Positions 35,785-48,046 of a stretch of 64,000 nucleotides of DNA are shown one piece after another. Below the pieces are notes generated by a model that saw only the letters and a list, made by a program, of their open reading frames with translations, ran no database searches and was not told the origin of the DNA. Position 1 is the first letter of the stretch; each line of letters starts with the position of its first letter. The translations under genes and the position numbers were made by a program. Origin of the DNA: Carpediemonas membranifera BICM (taxonomy: Eukaryota > Protista > Fornicata); contig JAHDYR010000038.1 of NCBI GenBank assembly GCA_019828565.1, forward strand, positions 140,735-204,734, in the 5' to 3' direction.

Positions 35785-36929
35785 GGCGTAATAAGATATT
35801 CACGGCAGGTTCGGGTGGCAGCGGCTGGGAACGTATAGAGACATGTGCTGCGTAGTTTGAACGGATGTTCAAAGGAAATCCATTTTACCTTAAAGTGCAC
35901 TTGGAGTATCTCATGATTCGTGTGTTTGCAGTGCTCTGTGCAGTCTCAAACGTTGAATTCGCGCTAGATAGCTAATATATTGGCTGATGCCTCCGTTTTA
36001 TTTCCAATGACCTTCCTGAACCCATCGAACTCGACTTCACGTTCGCCAACTCGCCTGTTATTCACATGAAGCAAAGCTTGCCGACATGACAAAACCTTTG
36101 ATTCGATGTTACATCAGCTGTCTCTTACGCCGCATCGACTATCAGCGTTATGAAATCGTGGCCAAATCGCCGCGGTTCACTCTCATCGCCGACATTCCCG
36201 GCATATCAGCGACGCTATTGTTACCGCGCCAAGATTCTGATGGTCGTTAGGTGCGCCTGCATGGTTGCTGCCGTGTTCTCCGATGTCTAGTCCACGTTCG
36301 AGACTTCACAACTTTTTTGCCACCGACGAATCGCGGTGAGGGCACACATGGAGCCCACGTTCCTGCGGCCTCGGCCCATCGAGTAAACGTCCCTTTCTAA
36401 TTCCATGCCTGCGTCTCATTGATGGAATGATTGCTGGAGGTAAGGTAGGCTGGTGCTCTGTGATAACAAATCACTCAGAGATCAGGAACATTTTGCCAGG
36501 CGCGTGTTTGTCCCACTGTCAACCATCGTATAGCGAAACGTCCAATCACAGGTTGAACGAATTGATGCGCTGTGTGAGCTCGGGTGGTCTGTCCCGTGAA
36601 GGTGGACTTGGGATGTCCAGCGATGACGTCCTGCTGTCCGAGCTAACCAGGAGGAGCGCCCATTATGAATTGGGACAGCAATTTTGCAATGGCGGAGAAG
36701 CTGGAGACCGCCAACTTGCGATGCAGAGAAGTCGATGGACCCTGCCGACAGCCGAATAAACGACTTACGCCATGAGCGAAAAAAAAATATCCCCAGTAGC
36801 ATGGACAAATACTCCCCGTAAGATAAATGAACATTGGTAAAGTGAGGTTCTCGCTTTAATTTAGTTGTCTCGTTTGCACGATCTCCCGCATATGTCTGAC
36901 TGGGCAGACGGTCCGGTAGACTACGTCTA

Positions 36930-38346
36930 TATCCCATAGAAAAGAGCCAGTCGTCCAGATAAATGGTTATGTTCACCCCCGGAAACCTCCTGGCCACGAC
37001 TGCGCCCGCTTCTAGCATTATCCGTTGGAAGTGAAATGGCGCAGCTTTCCAGCCGAATGGGAGGACTCGAAACGCATACGGCCTGCCGTCCACAATGAAG
37101 CCTAGGAGAGTCCAGTCGGCGGGGCGGACCCCAACCTGATAATAACCCTTGGTTAAGTCTAATCTGGTGAGCCAGTCGCCCGGGCGAATCGTCGCGAGCG
37201 CCCTCTTGATCCCGTGCAATCTGAACGTCCTGTTCTCGGAGGAAACAGCATTCAGCGACCTGAGGTCGTGAATCAGTCTCGTCTCGGCGAGGGACTTCGG
37301 GATGGTGAAAATCGGAGAGACGAGCGTCGGTGATCGCATCGGCACTGCTGCTCCGAGGTGGAGGAGCGTCTGTAGATGGCGACGGAATTCTTTCCTGTCC
37401 TGCGACCGCACTGGTGGGAGGCTCGGATGCCGCGGTCTGCTGAACAGGGAGATTGGTACGCCGTCGCGCAACCACGTGACCACTTCTGATGGCACGCCTA
37501 ATGCCTTCCAGAGCCGCCACGTCTTGTTGATGCTCGGGAATGGACGTGTTTCCGCGCAATTGGTCTCTAGCGCTATCAGATGGCTCTGAGGGGATGGTAA
37601 TGGGTGAGGGGACGTTGGAGGGGACGGTGGGGGAGAGGGAGGAGGCGATGGGGGAGGAGATTGAGGAGGACATGGATGAAGAGGAGGGAATGAATGATGA
37701 TGATGAATCTTGGACAGAGGGCGGTTTACCGATTGTTTGCCCGCTTGGGTTTCCTCGGCTTCCGAAAATCCTCGTCCTGTCTCGTTCGCTCCTTGAGGTG
37801 CGGGTTCTTCGCCAGAGTCTTAAACACAACCTCGCTGTCAATCTTCTCAGGGCCCATGTCGGGTTTCTCTGCGAGGGCCGCCGAGCCGGCAGTGGCGACC
37901 GAGAGACCAACGAGGTAACCATACCGGTCCTTACACCACAGAACACGGTGGCGGAGGTACAGGCGCGAGAGCAATCCATAGCCGTTCAGGCGTCCGAACT
38001 TGAAGCCTCGATAGAGGTCTTCGAGGAACTCAGCTTCCTCCTTCATTGACTGGGAAGCAGGGCGTTTCCAGGAAAGATTTGCCTCCTCCTGAAGCTGAGC
38101 CACGGTGGTTTTGAGCTTCCTCTCTTCGGTCTTGTCATCGAGCTGCTCCTTTAGCTTGTCCAAAGCTCCGGAGAGTTCTGCGATCTTGGCCGTCGCTTGC
38201 GTTAGCTCTTCTTGCTCATTGGCGTTCATGCTTGCCATTCTTTGCTCTCTTTCCTGAACTGCGACGATTTGATCGGAATCAATTCGATCAGATTAACCTC
38301 GACCGCTCAGCCGAAGCGTGGGCGTGGCGCTCCGCTCACCTACCAC
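36930..38346 (-). mobile_element. DIRS-order retrotransposon family 2, 3'-truncated (gag plus RT N-terminal part)
   Basis: Coiled-coil gag-like ORF at 37726-38238. RT with SPIFTIPK, RLIHDLR, LDLTKGYYQ, LPFGWKAAPFHFQ and IYLDDW, with homology lost right after YLDD. A second overlapping open frame (36927-37979) runs through the RT. Confidence 0.8.
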
Positions 38347-38383
38347 GACTTGCAGTCGACTACGGTCGAAGTCTCCAATTGAT
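38347..38383 (-). repeat. Split direct repeat B (37 bp); other copies at 38662-38698, 51659-51695, 55988-56024
   Basis: gacttgcagtcgactacggtcgaagtctccaattgat occurs at four positions. Confidence 0.92.
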
Positions 38384-38424
38384 TAGATCAAATTTATACC
38401 CGAGATTGATGGGAAACATGCTCT

Positions 38425-38661
38425 GGCCTCCAGGCTCTCCAGTGTCACGGGGGGCTGTGCGTCGCCCATCTTCTCGGAACTACCGGGGAATGGGGTTTTA
38501 ACCCCTTGGTAAAATTGGTCTGAACTGGACCGTAGATTTGATTCGAATATTTGGTCAATATTCGATCTCTCTCGAATATTTGTACCAGATGGCCGGTAGT
38601 CCATCTGGGCCTGTACCACGCCCCGAGGCGTACTTACGCATCGCGTCTACGACGGTATGCC
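38425..38661 (-). repeat. Split direct repeat A (237 bp); other copies at 51422-51658, 55751-55987, 60079-60315
   Basis: The same sequence (ggcctccagg...gacggtatgcc) occurs at four positions. Confidence 0.92.
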
Positions 38662-39062
38662 GACTTGCAGTCGACTACGGTCGAAGTCTCCAATTGATGT
38701 ATCCCGCCATCATATAATAAAAATTTTCTCTTCAGAAATTATTTCTCTGGTCTCCTGTGCCTCCCAGCATGCCATTGATGCCCATCTCTCAGGCACATAT
38801 TTTCACAGCCTGATAGTCATTCTTTGTGCGCGGTTTTGGCCATTTCCATCGCCGGCATTTTCTCACTCTCTCCGGCCAATTCTTCGATAGTCTTCGATAT
38901 ATCGATCTTATTAACCATTAGTGACAATCTGCTGCGGTTTCTCCTTTCTCCCGCCTTATCTTCTGCTCTCTATCATGTCTTTAACTCTTACATGGCCTAT
39001 TGTACAGTCTAATGGGGCCTTATGCAATCATATTCTATGTATTATCCGTCTTTCTCGTCCTT

Positions 39063-40292
39063 CTACACCCAAGCGCTCGTGGAGAGGCGCACGGCTTCAC
39101 TGACGTAGGTCTGCATCGAGTCGAGCTGTTTCCAGCCCCCGATTGCTTGGATCACTGCTGGGGCTACACCTAGCTTCATCATGTGGACTGCGCCTCCTCT
39201 CCGGAATGAGTGGCCCGACGCGCGCAGCACCTCCTCTAGGTCCATGGACATCTCCCATCTTCTCCAAGGGTGGTCTCTGTTCATCAGGGAGGACCTGTTG
39301 TCCTTGATCAGCGCGTCCCTGGCCTCGAATGAGCGCCACAGGGGTCCTTCATCTGGGAGGTTTTCCATATGTCTCGCAAGCCAGTCTGCCGGGTTGTCGT
39401 CTCCGGGGACGTTAGGGACCAGCTTTAGCATGGGTTCATCCGATGTCTTGGAGCGTCGTATGGTGATGGTGATGTCCCTGCCGTGTCGTTCGACGTCTGA
39501 TGTTGAGAGCCCCCGTATCTCCCCCGACCGAGATATTGTCGCGAACCCGACCAGCCCGAAAGCTATTGCTTGAGTCAATGCTGGTGTGGCGCTCTTGCCT
39601 GCTTGCACCGCGGCCTGTGACAGGGTCTCCCTGGCTATTGGCCATGCTTTCCCTGTTCGACGCTGGCTTGACGTTGGGCACCTTCCAGCCAATCTGCCAC
39701 AGGCCTTGATCAGGGCCCGGTGGAGTGGTGGGCATTCTATGGGTTCGCCCAATGCGGTCATTCCATCTCTGATGTTTGCCTCCTTCGTTAGCAGTGAGTC
39801 TTTGGCGAGGAAGGGCACCTCCCCTATCATGTACCATAGCAGTGTGTCGTCATCGTCCCCCGCGATTGCCACCTCCTCGAACTCTTGCACCCACTTCTGG
39901 TCATGGATTTTCTCGTGGGCTTGTCGTACGATCTCCCATGCAGCTTCCCGTGGGGTTGGTGCCGGGTCGTCATTTTGTCCGAGGTAGGCCTCGAAGTCCG
40001 AGTCATCTGGTTCTCTGGTCATGTTGCGGAAGAATGTGAACTTTGCGGTCTCTGTTGCAATTCGATCACGCGTCACCTTCTCGAGGCGGAGCAGGAGCGG
40101 GCTGGACGCGACCTTTCTCTCGACGTCCTCGTTCTTAGGACGGCTAGCCCGGGACCATATTATCTGCGTTCTGGTTCTGTCGGGTGTCACGCCTGCGGCT
40201 CTTAGTGCTCGGTGTCGCGCTTGCACTGCTGATGCTGATAGGAAGATTCCGAGGCTGACGTCGTCACCGGGACCCAGTACGCCCTGAAGGGA
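39063..40292 (-). pseudogene. Tyrosine recombinase of family-1 unit 1, separated from its upstream part by the LINE insertion
   Basis: TISRSGEI, RRSKT, GHSFRRGGA, GGW and MQTYV; nearly identical to the unit 2 and 3 YR. Confidence 0.88.
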
Positions 40293-40766
40293 CAGTTCAC
40301 CAATGATTTCAGCAAAGTGGAAACACTTCGATCATGGATGGACAAGGACCAACAGGCCTGGCCTATATGGATAGGGCAGTGCCCCATGGAGCTCAGAAGG
40401 AGCGGCCTTGGCCTCCTGTCTGAACATTCAAGGGTTGCTATCAGGGCATACCGCTGGGCGCGAGTGGGAGCTCCACGCCCATACCAAGGAATCAAAGTGT
40501 CTTCATGGAACGTATGTTTACAAGGAAAAGGAAAACAACCGTCGAGGGCCAGTGCTAGCACCGGCGGCTACATGGTTTTGTCAAGACCACAAGGAAGGAA
40601 GGGCAGCACAAAAGGGAAACAGGGGCCGTCGATAGAGGCTAAAAGGAGACTACGAACAAAGCAACAACAACTACACAGAAAGGCCCCGCTACTCAGAAAA
40701 GGGCGACGCATTTTTAGGACCGCGCCTTTTTGGAAAGAATGGCCTATATAGTACGGAGCATGGACA

Positions 40767-43700
40767 ATGGGAGAAACTGGAAGGCCTGGACGGAGACCTC
40801 ACCCGGATATGTACATGTGGCCCGACTTTCGGACCCAAAAATTCCGACCCAGTTTATGGACTAGGAAAAGGGGAGAAATTTTGCACTCAACAATGCAGGT
40901 AGAAATACCGACAAGGATCAGGGATTCCACGCAGAAGCAGTGGGAGGACATCAGGGAACTACTGGACAGCTTCCTCGCTGAAAGGAACGATTCAAGGACT
41001 CTACTTCTTCGTAGAACAGGCAAGTTTACAGGAAAGTCGCTCAATGCGAACTCCAAAGGACGCAAGGAAGTAATCATGAACGCCAGACGCATCCTCTTCG
41101 CAACCGGCGTCACTGACAACAAGGACATCATCCTCAGGAACCCATGCGGCATCCACGGCCTCCGCGACCTTTTCTACATGCTCACAGAGGCGCTCAACCC
41201 CAGAGACGAGGAAGCAAAGGACATGGCACAGGCACTGGAGCCCAAGACGCTGAAAGCGGGCTTCACTGGCATGGCAAGATGGCCATCTGAGAAGGACATC
41301 GAGACGGCGATCCTCAAGCCGAAGGAAGATGGGCCCATCGAATGGGATGTAGACAGGGACAGCGTCAAGAAGGCCGAAGGGTCGTTCATACTGGTATCAG
41401 GGGCTCATGGAGACGAGGCCGTAGAAGGCGTGCCTTACGACAAGGTATGGGATCCGGCAAACCAAGGCCCGGTCACCAGAGTGGCCTACGAGCAAGAGGA
41501 CGGCAAGTACAGGGTCATCCTAGAGCTAAGCGACACGTCAGCATGGTCCATCAGCCGCTTCATGGAGGAGGCTAGGGACATCCTCAGGCTTCAGGCACCG
41601 GAGGCCCCGGCCATATGGCAGGCAGCATGGAACAAGTCAGGGATCTACCTGAAGGGCAGAACCAATATCCTGGGCGAAGGGGAGGAGACCCCCCTTAGCA
41701 ACGAGCCGCCGTTCCGGAAGGTGAGGCTGGAAGTGCTCAAGGCCACCTCGGTCCGCAGCAATAGGGACGAACATGCCGATCTGGACAGGTCGTCCGCTAG
41801 CACGGTCATCGACGGAGACGAGGAGCAACATGTCAAGGACAAGGAGGAACGACGCCAGCAGGCCACCATGCCCGGCAGAAGAAGCCTCGACGACAGCCTC
41901 CTGGAAGTGAACAAGGACATGGTCGGGGCCAACCAAGGCAAGATCGACCAGGACGAGGAGGTCGACTCAAACAAGGTCAGCAGCCAGCCGCCGAGGATGC
42001 CTAGAAAGGACAAGGAGAAACGACTGGTGATCGGAGCCATCGACTTCGAGTGCGCAGACCCTGGCGTCAAGAAGGCAGGGATCCCTGCCATCCCGGTTGA
42101 GGGCGGGATCGTACTCTTTGACCTCAGCACTGGGGACATTCTTGGACACGGGCATGGCCTGTATTACCAGGACATACCGGCAGCAAGCATGGACCAAGCG
42201 AGGTACACGGCATGGGCAGTGACGGGGCTGCCGCCGGCCACCTTCGTGGAGGTCGGGACGGGGCGGCCGCCGATCGAGTATGAGAAGCACATACATACTT
42301 TCAGGGACTGGGCCAACCGCCTGGCGGCTCAGCTGGCAAGGATCGAAAGGTCGGAGGGTTGGAAGATAATCATGTATGCAAAGGGGGTGGAGATGGAAAG
42401 CTTCCTCCTCACGAACCCCACAAATGGACTGGAGCAAGGAACCAGGGAATTCTTCCAAGCTAGGCTGGTGGACGAGAAGAAGCTACCAGAGATCCTGGAG
42501 AACAACGGCAAGGGAGGAGGCTGGCCAAAACCTCAGGGACAACCTCGACAAGGCCAACTACCTGGAAGCAGTAACAACATGGTCAAATGGATGGCAGAAC
42601 AGGAGCGAGCCCAAGGGAGTCTGTCCGTACCACAGACACACCGCGGGTTGCTACCACTGTGGGTTGGCGGATACAGTAGTCTTCACAGCCAGGATCAGGG
42701 CCCTATGCAAGGAGAGGATGAGCACCCCAGACGTCTACCACTACATGGGTAAGGCACTCGACAAGACCATGGAAGCAGTCGGGAAGGCGGAGCCGGGCAT
42801 GGATATCATGGGAGGCCCGGAATTCGCGACAAGGAGGGACACCTTTGAGATCTTCGGCACGTACCCGATCGGGGACGCAAGGGACGTCAGCAGGGAAGTC
42901 GGCGACAGGATCCTCGTAGTCCCGGACAACGGACACCGCTTCGGCATCGGCTTCGGGTTCGGGGAGGTTCTGTTGGGCATGAAGGGCATCTTACTGGCCC
43001 CCCTCACAATCATGGACAACGAAGGTGTACTGGAGAGAAGCCCGCTATGGACCATCATGGAAAGAGCCACGGCTAACCAGCTCCGCATGGTACGCGTCAG
43101 GAAGGGCCTAGGGGCAGCAAGGGAGGAGGACATCATAACCATGGCCATGCTATACGAGTGGTGGCCCTCGAAGGAGGCTACGGCTCATCAAGGAGTCTGG
43201 GGCTGCGACGACCTAGCAGAGAGCCTCAGGGACTATGAGAAGGTCATAGTCAACGTCAAGGCCCCCAGGAACAGGGGTAGGATCACCCTAGGGGCGAGCT
43301 TCATCCCGAGAGACTGGGGCATGGTCAGGGTCAGCGAGGCTGGGACCATCCTAAGCCGCATGCGCAAGGAAGGGGCCAGACTAGTCTCGGCAGCTATCCC
43401 GGACGAGCCCAGAGCCAACACAGTCAATGTCCCAGGCATCACGTATGTCCCCACCATCGACGGAAAGTCCGAACAGCCATACCAAAGTAGGTTCTTCGAC
43501 AACGGCCTGGAGGAAAAGGCGAGGCGGATTAGCACCAGGATGGTGGGCAGGCACTTCGGCCAGGACGCGGATCAAGGACATCACGACCAGCATGGAGACA
43601 GGGAAGAGGACAGAAGGGTAGGACACGGAGCCGGCGGTAGAGCTGGTGTCAGAGCTGACGACAGAACCGGCGACAGAGCTGGTAACATGAACAGGACCTC

Positions 43701-44271
43701 GGATCGTAACCACGGAGGAGACGACAGGGAGAGACAGGACAACACGGGAACGCAGATGAGAGGCTCGTTCAGCGGGAACACCTGGGCCGGTAGAGGCTCA
43801 GAGGGAGGCATGGACAACAGCAAGGATCACTCTTCCTCCACGACGCTCAAGCGCAAGGAGGGCAGCACGAGTAGGATCATGGACTCGGACAGCGGAAAGA
43901 GAAGCAGGCACGAAGAGGACATGGACTGGGAGTCTGGAAGCAGACAGGCAACCGGCATGGACTCGGAGAAGCTGCGGCTCCGAAAGCAGTTGGCAGAGGC
44001 GCAACAAGAGATCTCAGCGCTCAAGGCTGCCCGACTCATGCAAGAGCAAGGCCACGGAAGGTTGGTGCTCTCCGGCGTCGCGACTAAGCCCAGCAAGGAG
44101 AAGCCCACGATCCCCCGGCACAAGCACAAGAAGGCTAAGAAGGCCAAGCAGATCTCACCCATGGACCTGATGACCCAGTTCATCACGGTAATGCAGAGTC
44201 TACAAGGACAGCAAGTGAGTCAGGCCGAGGACAGCTGCAGCGGCAGTGGGGAGTCCACGGAGGAGGAGTAA
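40767..44271 (+). CDS. LINE ORF1 (frameshifted at about 42500-42620) with a Maelstrom/DEDDh-like domain and C-terminal coiled coil/basic tail
   Basis: ORFs 40767-42752 and 42376-44271 overlap. AIDFE...IPVEGGIVLF...TGLPP...YAKG lies in the first frame and CPYH...HCGLAD in the second, followed by EKLRLRKQLAEAQQEISALK and RHKHKKAKKAK. Confidence 0.7.
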
Positions 44272-44603
44272 GGACATGGTAAAGCAGTATTCTTTCAAGG
44301 AACAAGCAACATTTTCTTTATAATTCACAAGCCCTGGCTCCCACCCAGGGCCCGGCATTAGCTGAAATGCACTGCCGGTAGGCTGTAGCGGCAGCCAAAG
44401 GGGGGGTCACGTCATATCGTCCCCCTCCTAAGTACCCTGCCCGAAGAATGGAAGGTCACCAGGTGGTAACAAGGTTGGCCTGACAAGGGTCACCGAGACC
44501 GGCATCTAGGCCCCTTGTTAGGACAAGGATAGCAGGAGAGGAGCGGGAAGCTGGGGCTCCCAAATTCTGGGAATTCGCAGGATAAGGAAACAGGACAAAG
44601 GCA

Positions 44604-47600
44604 ATGGTAACCTACAAGATACTTAGTCTGAACACAGAGGGACACATAGGAAGAGGAAAGGACTTCACGGCGTCTATGGCAACGGCGATTCAGCTAAGGT
44701 TGAAGGACATAGAGGCAGTACTCATACAAGAGACATGGAGAACGGCGAATACGAGGGTTCATTGCTTCATGGACCTTGACTACGCACTAGCAGGGAGGGA
44801 GACGGAAGAGGACCTGGTCTTAGCCAACGAAAAACGAAAGGCGGATGTCAAAAGTCAGCACCGCATCAACCGACAACTAGGCATAGCAGGCAATGACGAA
44901 CCTGCGCCAAGATGGAAGGGAACAAGGGAAGGCATCGGCACGATAGTGAGCCCACACGCAACTGCAAAGTGGGACATCGGCATAACGGACAGCCTATCGG
45001 GAAGAGTGCAAGCCAGCATAATGAGAACCGGCAGGGACATACTAGTCATCAACGTGTATGGCCCTCCATCCGGCCACAGCAAGCAGGAGAAGGATGGATT
45101 CAGGGACACTATACAGAAGATCATGGACATGAAAGGGAGCATGGAGGCCATAATTATGGGAGACTGGAACATCGACCCAGGCCAGATGGAAAGATCCACC
45201 CGGTGGAAGGATATGATGGAGAAGCACAGGCTCAAAGCCATCATACCCAAGTCTGGGACGCTCACATCAGGAACATCAACCCCGGACTTTGCAGTGACAA
45301 CACCAGGAATCCAGGGGGCGGAGATTGAGGTGGTAGAGTCTCAGAAGGTCGGGGTATGGGGCTCAGCACACAATGGAATCACACTAGCATGGAAGGAACA
45401 ACGGTACTATGGCAGAAGTGAGCGAGACGTGGCTCTGGCCATACCCGAGGTGCACACCTGGCCCATGAAAAGAAGGAGGGGCCAGTCACAGTCTCAAAGC
45501 TGAACAGGATCAAGAGCTCGGACCAATGGGAAGAGACTATAAGAGCATGCATGGGCGACCCAGTGAACAACAGGGGAGCAAAGGCAAGGGACAAAGTGTT
45601 CGGGAACGGAGTGTGGAGCGAACTCCAGCGAACCCCATGGACAGAAATAGGCAACAGGACCAGGAAGGAAAGGATGAAAGAGGAGCTGGAGAAATACTGG
45701 GGAGAGCGCAGGGCCAAATGGGTGGCCGACATCAGCAGAAGTGCAAAAGGGGGTATAGGGCCTCAAGGGCCTCAGTGGAAGCTGCCATCAGAAGGTGGTG
45801 GTGTGACAACCAATACAAGGGAATGCCGGAGAGCCTCCTCAAGGACGGAGTGATAACCACGGACAAGGCGGCCATCAGCGAGATCCTCTTGCAACAGTAT
45901 GCTAGAGTCAGCAGAGGCAGGGAACCCACCTGGAAGACATGGAGGGGCAGGGACGGAAATGAGTTCAAGGAAAGCGAGGTCAAAGCCGCAATCAAAAGGA
46001 TCAGGAGGGACACCGCACCAGGGCCTGACCTCACATCTGGAGACATGCTGAGAGAGCTGGATGAGAAAGGCCTTAGGGAAGTGACGAGGCTCATCAACAG
46101 GGTCTACAGGGAGGGCGACGTACCCAAAGCATGGAAGTATGCCACAGTGTCGGCCATACACAAGACAGGGAAGCCAAGGGTCAAGCCGGAATCATATAGA
46201 CCAATATCCTTGACACCACTGCTGTACAGGGTCTATGGTAGATTGCTCAAGATACGTCTGGAAGCAGCAACGAAAAGGTTCATACCAAGAGAACAGGCTG
46301 GTTTCCAGTCAGACAGGGACGTCATCCAGCAGATACAGTACATTGTGCAGCGGCACCAGGAGGGGGGTGAGACCACGTCAATCTTTCTGGACATCGAGAA
46401 GGCATATGACACGGTACCAAGGGACATTCTCATGGATAAGCTACAGGGTATGGGGGTGGAGGAGCACTTGATCAGGGCAATTCAAGGCACAATAAAGGAA
46501 ACCTGGATATCAGTCAAGGGGGCAAAGGCATGGGAAAGAACCAACAGGGGAGTTAAGCAAGGGTGCGTCCTGGCACCGACACTGTTTGTGCTGTTCATGG
46601 CTAACTGGCCCCACCTGGCCAGAAAGAAAATCAAGGGAGAACGGTACGACATCAGAGAACCGCCAAGGACCACGAGCCACCTCAGCGACCGACTACCGGC
46701 AGCACTTACCATGTTTGTGGATGACACTGCGGTCACAGGGAGCAAACCGGAGCATAGCCAGATGGTCGCCAACATAATGGTGGACATAATCAGAGAGCAT
46801 GAAATGAGGGTGAACGCCCAGAAGAATGTAATGATTAGCGTGGACAGAACAGCCCTAGTCAGGATCGAGGGGGTAACACTACTGCCAGAGAAGGAGGCGA
46901 GATACCTGGGATTATGGATCGCAAGTGGGAAGGACCCTATGTCGGCCTGCATAAGGCGGAAACAGGAGCAGAGCGAAAGGTACAAGAGACTGGTGAGATG
47001 GGCAGGGTGGACCAGGGCAAACATGCCAGCACTAGCGAGCAGGCTACTACTGGAAATATATATATGGCCCAGGATCCTCTTCGGAGTCGAGGTGTGGGGG
47101 AACGCACCGGGAGGTAGAAGGATCTGGAATGACTGGCAGGGAATCATGGCAGGAACAGGACCGGGAGGGGGCGCAGCCATGAGGCTGATGAATGGATGGG
47201 TGGACCTCCAGGCACACATGGAATGGCTGGCAGTCAAAAGGATAGTCAACTACAGGGACCAGGATATACCAGTCAGAAACAGAGAATGGGGGCGGGGCAC
47301 GGTTATGTGGGAAGCTAGGGAGAGAGTGCAGCATCTACTGGAGGGCACCAGAGAGGGAGCCCCTAAACCAGCGCTACTGGATTATGGCATGGAAACGATC
47401 AGGAGGGGGTGGATGAAGCGGTGCAAAAGCCGTACGGCACTAGGACTAATGGAAATCATGGGGACAAGGAAATTAAGCAAGTGTCTGCAAGGTAAGCCTA
47501 CGGTAGACCGAAAGGCTGGGAAGGGGCAAAGCAGGGCGGAATGGAAGAGAATTGTATCCATTGCAGCCAATGTCAGCCCATCCCCATCGTCGGCAGAGAG

Positions 47601-48046
47601 AGGGGAGGGCCCTATGAGAGCCATCACAGAGCTGGCCCAAGGCGCTGACCTGAAGAGAGAAATTAGCAGACTATGCCCCCTATGCTCGGAGGAGTCGGAG
47701 GTGAGCCTGTTCTACAGGATCATTAGGGAAAAGCCAGGACCAGCAAGGAAGCAGGAAATGATCAGGGGAGTGGGCAGAGGGCCAGAGGCTAGGATCGGCA
47801 GCGCACATAATCTGTGAATGCCCGGCAGTAGACAGGGGAGAAGCTTGGACAAAGCTGTGGACAGCAGCGAAGCACAAAACTAAGGACTTGGAAGTAAGGC
47901 AGGGCCCCCAGGGCGAATGGTACCAGGAAAGACCCATCCTAGAATTACAGCAACTAATAATATGGGGCTCGGAGGACATTTGGGAAGGCCTCACGGCAGG
48001 ACTACGGGAACTGGCAAAGGTTTACAACAGCTTCAAGGTGGAATAG
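44604..48046 (+). CDS. LINE ORF2: AP endonuclease - reverse transcriptase - CCHC knuckle (about 3 frameshifts)
   Basis: EN: ILSLNTEG, LIQET, INVYGP, IMGDWN, TPDF, GSAHN. RT: APGPD, YRPISL, QAGF, FLDIEKAYDTV, GVKQGCVLAPTLF, FVDD, RYLG. CPLC (about 47673) pairs with HIICECP in the next frame, which stops at 48044-48046. Confidence 0.88.

Noticed and set aside
38347-38661. Separate internally deleted mini-element (MITE-like)
   Set aside because: Better explained as the A2-spacer-B2 3' end of a split-direct-repeat element.
40293-40766. HDV-like or hammerhead ribozyme at the LINE 5' end
   Set aside because: Some stems are present, but I could not assemble the catalytic core by eye; a descriptor search is needed.
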